The translations under genes were made by a program, and so were the position numbers. From Victivallales bacterium (GTDB lineage Bacteria > Verrucomicrobiota > Lentisphaeria > Oligosphaerales > Oligosphaeraceae), in the NCBI GenBank assembly GCA_017525435.1, contig JAFXSU010000344.1:1-47603 (forward strand): a DNA stretch of 47,603 bases, written 5' to 3'. This document shows positions 35,067-43,669 of the stretch, one piece after another (within the stretch, counting starts at the first letter, position 1; each line of letters opens with the position of its first letter). The notes below the pieces were generated by a model. That model did not search any database. It saw only the letters and a program-made list of their open reading frames with translations, and was not told where the DNA came from.

Positions 35067-35239
35067 CGCCAACTCCAGGCTGTAGATTCCCTATCCAGCA
35101 AGATTCTTTTGGTAATAGTGGCGTAGACTCAGGACGAGGCGGAGTGCTTGCACGGCCTGTTTTCGCAGACCGTGCAGAGGGACGCGTATAGGAAGATGTT
35201 ACCCCACCGATGGCAGACGGATGGGGGATATGGCGTAGG

Positions 35240-38200
35240 TCATTCCTCGATGGTGAGGGTTGGCGTGGCGGGGTAGTTGATGCCACGCAACTGTGGGCGG
35301 TACATTGCCTCGACCTGGACAGGCGGGACCAGGAAGACACCTGGCGTGACGGCGCGAACCTGGTAGGTGATGGTGTGCGGGATATCAGCTCCGTAGAAGT
35401 CTCCGAACCACAGCAGACGGTCGAAGCGCTTCTCCATTAGGTTCGCAGTCAATTCGGTGGTGGGCTTGCCAACTTGCCGTTTGGGTGTGGTGAAGCGAGT
35501 GAGTAGCCGCTCGTCTTCGATTTCGAGTCCGGCGGGTAGGAGATCGGAGACCACGAGGTTTTCCGCCTGTGCGCCGCTGAGGCTGATTTTCACCGTGAGA
35601 ATCTCTCCGACCTTGCAGGTGGTCATCGGCTTGCCATTATGATCGAGGTATTCTCGTCGGATGTGCAGTCCGCTGTCCACATTTTTGGCATCCTTGAGGC
35701 TGGCTCGGTAACTGTGGGTGACGGTGAGAGGTTCGGTGCCGGTGTTGCGCAGAGTATAGGCACCCTTTGCAGTGACTTCAGCAGGCATGTCTCCGACGAT
35801 GGACAGCTCCTGAACCGTGCCGTCATCTGCCGTGAGAGTGGCCGCAAAGCGTGACTCGCCTTGAAGGGCAGGGAGGTTCAGGAGGTACTTTGACAAGCCG
35901 AGAGCGTACCAGGCGTGTTCTTGGGTGGTGAAGTAGTCGTCGTTTGCGGTCAGGTCGTCGAGTGCGCTGGCGAGGCTGGTGAGGTGCGGATCGTCGGGAA
36001 GGAGGTCGGCGAGGAGCCAGAGTGCCAGACCGGTGCGACGTACAGGGGTGTCCAGCGTGGTGGCGCTGTAGGTACGGCTAGTATCATTGTTGGAACTGAC
36101 GAATCGAGTGAACTCCGTGTCGGCGATTTCGTTCCAGAGTTCAGCACCCTCGGCCGCATAACCACCGCGCAGGAGCGCCATTGCGGTCAGGAACTGCGCG
36201 TATGGGTGGATAGAGGAGGTCCCATGTGGCAGGAAAAGCTTGGCGTAGGAGTTCACATAGGTGGGCGCAATGTCGGCGAGGATATAAAGTGCCAACGCAC
36301 GCTCCTCCTGAGATTCAGTGCGGTCGTTGATAAAAGAACGCAGCTTTTTGATGCGCTGTTGGCGTTCGGCTACACCCATCGGAAAGCCGGCGCGGGCGGC
36401 CTCGGCCTGGAAGAGGAATGCGAAGAGTGAGCCTTCCACCCAGGCGGAGCTGTAGTAGCCTGCGTTCGGCCACATCGTGTACCAGCCATAGCCTCCCACA
36501 AGGTATGCGGGATACTTTTCCAAGGTGTCTTTGATGCGCTGGTGTGCGCCGGCACGCATGCGTTCGGGGAGTCTTCCGGTGGCGACAAGGTCGGCAACGG
36601 CGAGCTGCGGGAAGGCGGTGGCGGTGATTTGCTCCAGGCAGCCATACGGATAGTCGTTGAGCCACTCCCAGTGGCGAAGAAGGCGTGCGACGGGCGAACC
36701 CACGCGCAGGAAGTCGGTCGCATGACCAGAGAGTTCCACGGCGAGTTCTTCGCCGGGTCTCAGGAGGCGCGTCTCGCAAAGCGGCTGCGGCGGGATGTGG
36801 CTTCGTACCGTGATGACCGTGCGCTTCTCGAAGCGAAGTCCTTCCGGTGTTTCGACGGCGAGGAGAATCGGCAACGCGCCTTCAGCGGTGTCCGGCGGGA
36901 TGACCAGGTGGGCGGAGACGGACTCCGAGGCGCCTTTGGCGATGGTGAGGTCGCCGTTGGCGGGCTGGAAGCCCTGCTGTTCGCGACCGAAACTCCAGGT
37001 GAATTTTGTCTCCGAAAGCTCTTGGTTAAATATGGTGCCTCGCAAAACGATGGAGTCGCCGGGGGCGACGATGCGTGGTGCGACAAGAGTGAGAGTGACC
37101 TCGTCGTGCATCACAAGCTGTTTCTGTGCATTGCCGAGGCGAGTGGTTCCGTCAGTGGCGATTGCCATCAGTCGCATGGTTCCGGCGAATTTCGGGAGAG
37201 TGACCTTGGCGGCGGCGTGCCCCGTCTCGTCGGTCTTGAGAAGTCCAAGCTGCACGACATGCGGTGGCTCGTCCGTGGCCTGGAGTTTGCCTTGGAAGTC
37301 GGCGGCCTTGGCGGAGAGAGGTTCGCGTGCGGCAAAGCCGCCACCAATCTGGCCGTTGACGACACGGAGCATTGGGTAGATGTCAGGATAGAGGTTATTC
37401 AGTCCGAAAGGACACTTCTGGTTGTTGAAAAAGGCACCATAGACATCAGGCGCCTGGTAGCCAGTCAGTGCAAGGATTCCTTCATCCACGCCCCAGACAG
37501 CGGCTTCGCCGACGACGGGGTTCCCCTGCGAATCGGCTAAGGCGATAGAAACCTCGACGGTTTCGCCAAGGCGTGTCTGCTCCGGTGCCTCCAAGGTGAT
37601 GGCGAGTTTCCGTGAACTCTGGTCCACAGGGAGTCGTACGATTCCAGTCAGGCACGGAGCGTCACGGAGCTTGCCGTTGGCATCCTCTTGGATGGCACCC
37701 ACGGCGGTCACGCCGACAAACCAGTTCCCCTGCGTCAGCGTCTCCGGAATTACGACTTCGATGGTGTTTTCACCGGCTTTCAACGGTTGGGTGGCAGTCA
37801 GCAACGGGGTATGGTGCGAACCTGACACAATCAGACAAGTCCCGTCAAAATTGGACTCGAAGGTAATCTTTGCGGTCTGTCCGGGGAGATACTTGCTGTT
37901 ATCAAGCTTGAATTCGAGGGTGTTGGGATTGGGTGAGTGCTCTCCGGATTCTCCAGCGAAATGCCAGAAGGAGAGTTGGTTGAGCGGGCGATCGTCTTCA
38001 TCCCGGAAGGTAAGGATGAAGTTTCCATTGTCGGGAAGATCGAGCCAGGCGCAACCCTCGCTGTCCAGAGTCAGTTCGACAGTCTTGAGTTTCGTTTCGA
38101 CATACTGCCAGACTCGGCGATAAATGCCGTCGTTCTGTTGCTTGAGGAGATACTCCCAATTGCCGAGACTGACGGTTGCCTGAAGTGTCTGGGGAAGGTC

Positions 38201-40297
38201 GGTCTGATGGTTTTCTGGATCCACTGCGATAAATTGGAGTTTCACGCGGGACTCTTCCTCCTGGGCGAGGCGGCTTCCCAGATAACGCTTGAAGGCATCA
38301 AGGCGGGCGCTGGCGCGTGCGGTCACGGCGCGTGCGCCTGTCGGCTTGACTTCCGCCTGTAAAGAGATAAAGATGGGAAGTGCGGGAAGTGTCACATCAT
38401 CCTTCGGTTGTGGCACTTTCATAGTGAGGGAGAGGTGTCCCTTTGCGTCCGTCTCACCAGTTCTGCTTTGGGTGTTGATGAGTGGGCAGTCATCTTTTCG
38501 GATACCGAAGGTGAAATCTTTGGCAAAGGGCGGAGGAACGATTTCCTGCTCAGCATGGATGTAAACATCGACTTTGGCCTTCTCGACGGGGGCGCCGAAA
38601 TAGTAGTCGGCCTGGACTTCGAAATCAGCCTGTTGTTGACTTGCGTCCAATGACTTGGGAAGGTCAATGCGCGCTCCAAACTGGTCTGGAACGAAGTTGG
38701 CGACAAGGAGACTGGTGGAGGCGATGGACGGCGCATAGGCGAGGTTCGGGTCGCCGGGCAGACGCAAGTAGGCTTCGTAGGAACCCAGAAGGCACTCTTC
38801 CGAGAGTTTCACAGGACACTGGAACATTCCAAATTCATCGGTGTTGACGGTCTTGAAAACGACTCGATTTCCATTGGAGTCGCGAAGGTCGAACTGAAGT
38901 GGAAGACCGGCGACGGGGCGGTTCTCATCGGGGTTGCGTACAAGTGCGGTGAAGGTGACCTCATCGCCGGGAAGGGCGATTCCCCGTTCGGCAGAGAGGA
39001 AAGCCTGAGGCGCCTTTGGGTCGCGAAGCGTGGTGAGTGTGCCGTTTCGGTCGAGATGCCCGCGGTTGAAGTCGAGGTATGCCAGGTCATGGTTCTGCGG
39101 GTTCTTCGCCAGCAGGAGCGCAGGATGGTCGCCGTAGTCCTGAAGCGGGAGGACGCGGAAGCGCGCTTCACCCTGTTCGTCGGTGGTGGCTTTGGCCAGG
39201 CTTTGGAATTTTCGGCTGAAGAGTTCGACCTGCACGCCGGCGACAGGGGTTTCGGGATGCGCCAGGCTGCGTACCTGACAGAGGTAGTCGCCGTTGGTTC
39301 CGGTCAAAAAGAGTCCCAGGTCGGTGACGACAATGCGATTGGACTCCGTGCGACTATAACTGGAGTATGTGCTTTTGTGGTCGGTGACGAGAGTATAAAT
39401 GCCAGGGCGGTCGCGCGGGATGCCAACTTTTGTCAAGTCCAGTGCGGTGAAGGTCGGCTGGTTGGGACGGTATTCCAAGTCATGCTCTGTCGTGGCAAGT
39501 TTGCGTGCCCAACGACCGTCTTCTCTATAATAGTAGTCGCTGTCCACATTCCGCAGGTAGTTGAGGATGGCGTCCGGGTAGGGCTCATAGAGGGTGCAGG
39601 TGAATTTTGCATCGTAGTTGACGGCATGGATGGGCAGTTCCCAGATGGGTGCGTGAAGCGGAAAGAAAACCCCTTCGGAACTGAGATTCACTTGCGAGGG
39701 AAGGTCAGGGCAGAATCCGGAGATGACATAGTCTTCGTCGAGGTGCATGGGCGCGTCTTTCCAAGGGAAGCCGGCCTTCAGGGTGATCTGGTAGAACTCG
39801 CCAGGCTGGAAGTTGCCACGTAGGGTATAACGGGAACCGTAGTTATGGATGAAGCGTACTGGGATTTGCGGGGTGATCTCCAAAAGATTTGGGTCGAATG
39901 CAGATCCGCGGGTCGCCGTGAAGGTTTTGGGAGGCGTGTCATTGGCGGTAGGATCCTCCTGAAAAAGGATGTCCTTCTGCGAAGTGCCGTTGAAATTGAT
40001 ATCGATTGTTTCGCTCCTGAAATCGTAGTCTGCGACCGTGAGGGGTGGCGGGGGCTGCGAGGCAGAAGCTTGTCTTTTCAGAGCCTCAACAGCGGCTTGG
40101 GCTTCGGGGCTGTAGTCGCCAGCGAGGGAATTGACCATGTCCAGGACAAAGGCCGCGCGCTCTTCGACCGTGAGGTCGGCCATGAGGGAAATGTCAATGG
40201 GAACGATTATTGGCTCCTGACCGGCACAGGGCTGGAACAGGGTGAGGAGGACAAGAAGGAATGTGGCAAGCAACGAGGAGGTGTGGGATAGTTTCAT
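35240..40297 (-). CDS. Bacterial alpha-2-macroglobulin family protein (YfhM-like) with intact thioester
   Basis: 1685 aa with an N-terminal signal peptide and a long run of beta-rich MG-like repeats. The thioester motif YPYGCLEQ has its CLEQ codons at 36629-36640. Confidence 0.88.
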   Translation of the reverse strand: MKLSHTSSLLATFLLVLLTLFQPCAGQEPIIVPIDISLMADLTVEERAAFVLDMVNSLAGDYSPEAQAAVEALKRQASASQPPPPLTVADYDFRSETIDINFNGTSQKDILFQEDPTANDTPPKTFTATRGSAFDPNLLEITPQIPVRFIHNYGSRYTLRGNFQPGEFYQITLKAGFPWKDAPMHLDEDYVISGFCPDLPSQVNLSSEGVFFPLHAPIWELPIHAVNYDAKFTCTLYEPYPDAILNYLRNVDSDYYYREDGRWARKLATTEHDLEYRPNQPTFTALDLTKVGIPRDRPGIYTLVTDHKSTYSSYSRTESNRIVVTDLGLFLTGTNGDYLCQVRSLAHPETPVAGVQVELFSRKFQSLAKATTDEQGEARFRVLPLQDYGDHPALLLAKNPQNHDLAYLDFNRGHLDRNGTLTTLRDPKAPQAFLSAERGIALPGDEVTFTALVRNPDENRPVAGLPLQFDLRDSNGNRVVFKTVNTDEFGMFQCPVKLSEECLLGSYEAYLRLPGDPNLAYAPSIASTSLLVANFVPDQFGARIDLPKSLDASQQQADFEVQADYYFGAPVEKAKVDVYIHAEQEIVPPPFAKDFTFGIRKDDCPLINTQSRTGETDAKGHLSLTMKVPQPKDDVTLPALPIFISLQAEVKPTGARAVTARASARLDAFKRYLGSRLAQEEESRVKLQFIAVDPENHQTDLPQTLQATVSLGNWEYLLKQQNDGIYRRVWQYVETKLKTVELTLDSEGCAWLDLPDNGNFILTFRDEDDRPLNQLSFWHFAGESGEHSPNPNTLEFKLDNSKYLPGQTAKITFESNFDGTCLIVSGSHHTPLLTATQPLKAGENTIEVVIPETLTQGNWFVGVTAVGAIQEDANGKLRDAPCLTGIVRLPVDQSSRKLAITLEAPEQTRLGETVEVSIALADSQGNPVVGEAAVWGVDEGILALTGYQAPDVYGAFFNNQKCPFGLNNLYPDIYPMLRVVNGQIGGGFAAREPLSAKAADFQGKLQATDEPPHVVQLGLLKTDETGHAAAKVTLPKFAGTMRLMAIATDGTTRLGNAQKQLVMHDEVTLTLVAPRIVAPGDSIVLRGTIFNQELSETKFTWSFGREQQGFQPANGDLTIAKGASESVSAHLVIPPDTAEGALPILLAVETPEGLRFEKRTVITVRSHIPPQPLCETRLLRPGEELAVELSGHATDFLRVGSPVARLLRHWEWLNDYPYGCLEQITATAFPQLAVADLVATGRLPERMRAGAHQRIKDTLEKYPAYLVGGYGWYTMWPNAGYYSSAWVEGSLFAFLFQAEAARAGFPMGVAERQQRIKKLRSFINDRTESQEERALALYILADIAPTYVNSYAKLFLPHGTSSIHPYAQFLTAMALLRGGYAAEGAELWNEIADTEFTRFVSSNNDTSRTYSATTLDTPVRRTGLALWLLADLLPDDPHLTSLASALDDLTANDDYFTTQEHAWYALGLSKYLLNLPALQGESRFAATLTADDGTVQELSIVGDMPAEVTAKGAYTLRNTGTEPLTVTHSYRASLKDAKNVDSGLHIRREYLDHNGKPMTTCKVGEILTVKISLSGAQAENLVVSDLLPAGLEIEDERLLTRFTTPKRQVGKPTTELTANLMEKRFDRLLWFGDFYGADIPHTITYQVRAVTPGVFLVPPVQVEAMYRPQLRGINYPATPTLTIEE

Positions 40298-40363
40298 CTT
40301 TTTTGACAGGATATGGTTGTGGTTTGGGAAGTCAGGGCGCGCTATGCACCCGTGGGGAAAGGA

Positions 40364-40975
40364 TCAGAGGTATGGATTGGAGTGCTTCTCGTCACCGATC
40401 GTGGTGGCGGGGCCATGACCGGGATAGACGGTGGTCTCCTCCGGCAGAAGCATAAGTTCGTCGGTAATGGATTTCAGAAGCGTCTGCATGTTGCCGCCCG
40501 GCAGGTCGGTGCGGCCGACGGCGCCGGCGAAGAGGGTGTCGCCTGTGATGACGAATTTCTCCTGCGGAAAGTAGTAGCAGCAGCCGCCCGGAGTGTGCCC
40601 CGGCGTGGGGATGAGTTGGAAGTCAAAGTCTGGAAGTTGCGGAAGTTCAGTTACATACGCTGGAAGATTGGGGACGGCGGGCAGCCATGGCAATACGGCG
40701 TTGTCTGGCGAGTCATAGACCACATGCTCGTTGGCGTGCATCCACAAGGGAATGGGGTAGTTCTCCAGGAGGGGCGGCAGGGCGCGAATGTGGTCCACAT
40801 GCGCATGGGTGAGCAGCACCGCCTGCGGGATGAGTTGCTTCTGCTGGAGGAAGTTGTCGATGGTCGGAAAATCGTCGCCGGGGTCGAAAATCAAGGCATG
40901 GTGGTTTTTCGGATGCCACACGATGTGGCAGTTTTCCTCAAAATCGCCGAGAACAAGGGTGGTGAGTTCTAACAT
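40364..40975 (-). CDS. MBL-fold metallo-hydrolase (glyoxalase II-like)
   Basis: 203 aa with THAHVDH (HxHxDH), GHTPGG and a later GH..D pattern. Confidence 0.85.
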   Translation of the reverse strand: MLELTTLVLGDFEENCHIVWHPKNHHALIFDPGDDFPTIDNFLQQKQLIPQAVLLTHAHVDHIRALPPLLENYPIPLWMHANEHVVYDSPDNAVLPWLPAVPNLPAYVTELPQLPDFDFQLIPTPGHTPGGCCYYFPQEKFVITGDTLFAGAVGRTDLPGGNMQTLLKSITDELMLLPEETTVYPGHGPATTIGDEKHSNPYL

Positions 40976-40990
40976 AATTCAAGTGCGGAA

Positions 40991-41062
40991 CTAGGTTTAT
41001 GATACTAGCATGGCTAGGCATGGCTAGCAGAGATAGGCTTGCAGCGGAGATAGGCGGGCTAG
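40991..41062. repeat. CTAG-rich degenerate short-repeat block (CTAGSCATGG x2-3, GCRGAGATAGGC x2)
   Basis: Read directly: CTAG at 40991, 41005, 41014, 41024 and 41059. The last one supplies the TAG stop of the GT9 gene. Confidence 0.8.
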
Positions 41063-42105
41063 ATAATCCGCTCCAGGATGGCCTGGGCGGCTTCTTCGAC
41101 GCTGGCCTGGTTGCTGCATGCCAGCCGATTGTGCAACGGACATTCACGCTGGAAGCAGGGTGACTGCGGACAGCGGGTCCGCACGACATAGTGTCGGTCT
41201 TTCGGACCGTATGGTCCTGTCTTTTCCGGGTCGGTGGAACCGAAATTTGCCACGCATGGCACCCGGAGTGCAGCGGCGATGTGCATTGGACCGCTGTCGT
41301 TGGTGAAGAGCGCCTGGGAACGCGCGAGCAGTGCCGCCAGTGTCCCCAGGTCGGTCTTGCTGGCCAGATTGACCATTCCCTCCAATTTCGCGCGGTCGCA
41401 GACCTCCTGTGCGCGACCGAATTCGTCAGGGCTTCCCAATAGCCAGAGTTTTACCTCTGGGCAACGCTGACGGACAAGTTGAAGCACCTCAATGAAAAAT
41501 TCTGGTGCCCAAGATTTGCTCTCCCAGCGTGAAGCGCATCCTATCGCCAGCAGTGGTCCGCCAGCCAAGTGATTCTCTTGAATCAGTGTATCGGCCTTCG
41601 TCTGCCATTCTGTCGGGAGGACCAATTCTGGTTCCGGCGTTTGTTCCGCTGGCGTAATGCCTTGGCTTCGCAGGAACTCGCGGGCGAGAAAACGGTTCTT
41701 GTCCACCGCATGTTTGAGTTCCGGCGGGAGCTTGACGGCGTGGTTGTATGCCAGCGGAGCCCCCTCGCGGGCGTTGGCGAAGCCACAACGGACCTTGGTG
41801 TGAGCCAGTCGAGTCATCAACCCGCTACGCAGAAGCCCCTGGAAGTCCAGCACCGCATCATACTTGTCCTGACGCAGTTCGTGCAGGAAAGGCCGTATTT
41901 TTTTCCAATCGAGTTTGCTTACCGCCTTTCGGGGGAAGGGGATTACTCTGGATATCCGAGGATATAGCCGAACAATCGGTGCAAGGAAGTCGTTGGCCAC
42001 CCAACTGACTTCTGCGTCAGGAAGCGCGGCATGTAGCTCCGCGATGGCAGGGAAGGTGTGCAGGATGTCACCCAGGCTACTAGGTTTGACGACGAGAAGT
42101 TTCAA
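41059..42105 (-). CDS. Lipopolysaccharide heptosyltransferase (glycosyltransferase family 9, WaaC/WaaF-like)
   Basis: 348 aa with the N-terminus MKLLVVKPSSLGDILHTFPAI typical of GT9, and a C-terminal ..TNDSGPMHIAAAL.. motif. The start codon is TTG. Confidence 0.85.
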   Translation of the reverse strand: MKLLVVKPSSLGDILHTFPAIAELHAALPDAEVSWVANDFLAPIVRLYPRISRVIPFPRKAVSKLDWKKIRPFLHELRQDKYDAVLDFQGLLRSGLMTRLAHTKVRCGFANAREGAPLAYNHAVKLPPELKHAVDKNRFLAREFLRSQGITPAEQTPEPELVLPTEWQTKADTLIQENHLAGGPLLAIGCASRWESKSWAPEFFIEVLQLVRQRCPEVKLWLLGSPDEFGRAQEVCDRAKLEGMVNLASKTDLGTLAALLARSQALFTNDSGPMHIAAALRVPCVANFGSTDPEKTGPYGPKDRHYVVRTRCPQSPCFQRECPLHNRLACSNQASVEEAAQAILERII

Positions 42106-42125
42106 TGCCAGGCGTTAGCAGTTTT

Positions 42126-42872
42126 TCAGCGGCCGGATGCCAGGCGTGTAGCGCAATATTCCGGCAGCCCCGCCTGGATGATTTTCGTCTGGGCAGTCGT
42201 CAAATCGTATGGAAGGCGGTGCAGCTGGATGGTTCCCTGATCGAGGTCGTAGGTCACGTATGCGGCGCGGGGATCGCGGTCCCGGGGCTGTCCTACGCTG
42301 CCGCAATTGATTAGGTATTTGTGTTCAGGGTTGAAGCGAAGCGTGTCGAAATTTCCGGCAATGGTTTCGAGCAGGGAACGCTCGTATGCAACAGGTGCAT
42401 GGGTATGCCCGATGAAGCATAAGGGCATCCATTGGAATTGCATGGAGAGGTTTGCCTGATGGGAGTCGAAGACGTATTCCCAGGTCTCGGGCTGGTTGAG
42501 GCTGGCGTGGACGATGGTGAAACGCGTCAGCGGCTGGTCAATCAGGATATCCTGCTTGAACGGCAGCCCTGCCAACCACGTTTGCTCTTCGTCCGTGAGA
42601 TGTTCGCGGGTCCATTGTGCGGCCATTGCGGCGTATGGGTTGAAGCCAAAGAGCGACTGGCGTCCACAGGCTACTGCATCATGGTTCCCCATAACCACGC
42701 CGAGCAAGTCCAATCCACGCACAATCTCCATGCATTCATGGGGGTTGGCGTTGTAGCCTACAATATCCCCTAGGCAGACATATTTGGTGACTCCCTGAGC
42801 TTTCGCATGGGCCAGCACCGTCTGCAGTGCTTCAAGGTTGGCATGGATGTCCGCTAGGACAGCTATCTTCAT
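42126..42872 (-). CDS. Metallophosphoesterase (YfcE/MJ0936-like)
   Basis: 248 aa from the ATG at 42870-42872. Motifs: MKIAVLADIHAN, CLGDIVGY, GNHD, GHTH. Confidence 0.85.
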   Translation of the reverse strand: MKIAVLADIHANLEALQTVLAHAKAQGVTKYVCLGDIVGYNANPHECMEIVRGLDLLGVVMGNHDAVACGRQSLFGFNPYAAMAAQWTREHLTDEEQTWLAGLPFKQDILIDQPLTRFTIVHASLNQPETWEYVFDSHQANLSMQFQWMPLCFIGHTHAPVAYERSLLETIAGNFDTLRFNPEHKYLINCGSVGQPRDRDPRAAYVTYDLDQGTIQLHRLPYDLTTAQTKIIQAGLPEYCATRLASGR

Positions 42873-42963
42873 TTCAAATGATTCCCGAGGATAGGATATT
42901 GGACTTAATAAACCGCATCTTTGCGAGTCTGCACGGAGAAACCGCAAAAAATTTGAAAATTTT

Positions 42964-43659
42964 TCAGATGCGATGGACGAACCAGTTGTATTTCATGATG
43001 TACCACAGTGCGGCCACCCCGTCTTTCCAGCCGATTTTCTTTCCTTCATCGTATGGTCGAGCGGTGTATGCGATGGGCACTTCGTAGATGCGGGCGTGGA
43101 GGCGGGAGAGTTTGGCGGTGATTTCTGGTTCGAATCCGAAACGGTTGCACTCCAGGTGGAAGGACTTGAAGAGGTCAGCCCGGATCATCTTGTAACAGGT
43201 CTCCATGTCCGTGAGATGGAGATTGGAGCAGAAATTCGAGAAGCCGGTGAGCCACTGGTTTCCTTTGTAGTGGATCCAGGTGTCCACCAAGATGATGCGA
43301 CCGGAATAGCGGCTGCCGAAGACGGCATCCGCCTTGCCCTCCTCGATGAGCTGGAACATCTGGGGGAATTCCGTTGGGGAATACTCCAGATCGGCGTCCT
43401 GGATGATGACCACGTCTCCGGTGACGAGTTTTTGGGCGGTTCGGATGCCAGCACCCTTGCCCTGGTTGTGGTCGTGGTGTGCGATTACCATATCGGGCGA
43501 AGGGGGAAGGCTGTCCAGGAGGGCAGTTGTCCCGTCGGTGGAACAGTCGTCCACCACGATGATCTCCAGGTCCTTGACACCGCACTTTCGTACGGCGTCG
43601 ATGACATGGCAGACGGTGTTGACTTCATTGAACACCGGGATGATGACGGAGAGCTTCAT
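42964..43659 (-). CDS. Glycosyltransferase family 2 (polyprenyl-phosphate sugar synthase-like)
   Basis: 231 aa from the ATG at 43657-43659. Motifs: MKLSVIIPVFNE, IIVVDDCSTDGT, IQDADLEY. The track ORF over-extends into the upstream gene. Confidence 0.85.
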   Translation of the reverse strand: MKLSVIIPVFNEVNTVCHVIDAVRKCGVKDLEIIVVDDCSTDGTTALLDSLPPSPDMVIAHHDHNQGKGAGIRTAQKLVTGDVVIIQDADLEYSPTEFPQMFQLIEEGKADAVFGSRYSGRIILVDTWIHYKGNQWLTGFSNFCSNLHLTDMETCYKMIRADLFKSFHLECNRFGFEPEITAKLSRLHARIYEVPIAYTARPYDEGKKIGWKDGVAALWYIMKYNWFVHRI

Positions 43660-43669
43660 GGTTCCGCGG

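Noticed and set aside
34900-35239. A direct repeat of the tRNA-His 3' end that would mark an island att site.
   Set aside because: Only trivial matches such as CCCCACC were seen by eye, and no integrase gene is present. The idea is kept only as a low-confidence positional note.
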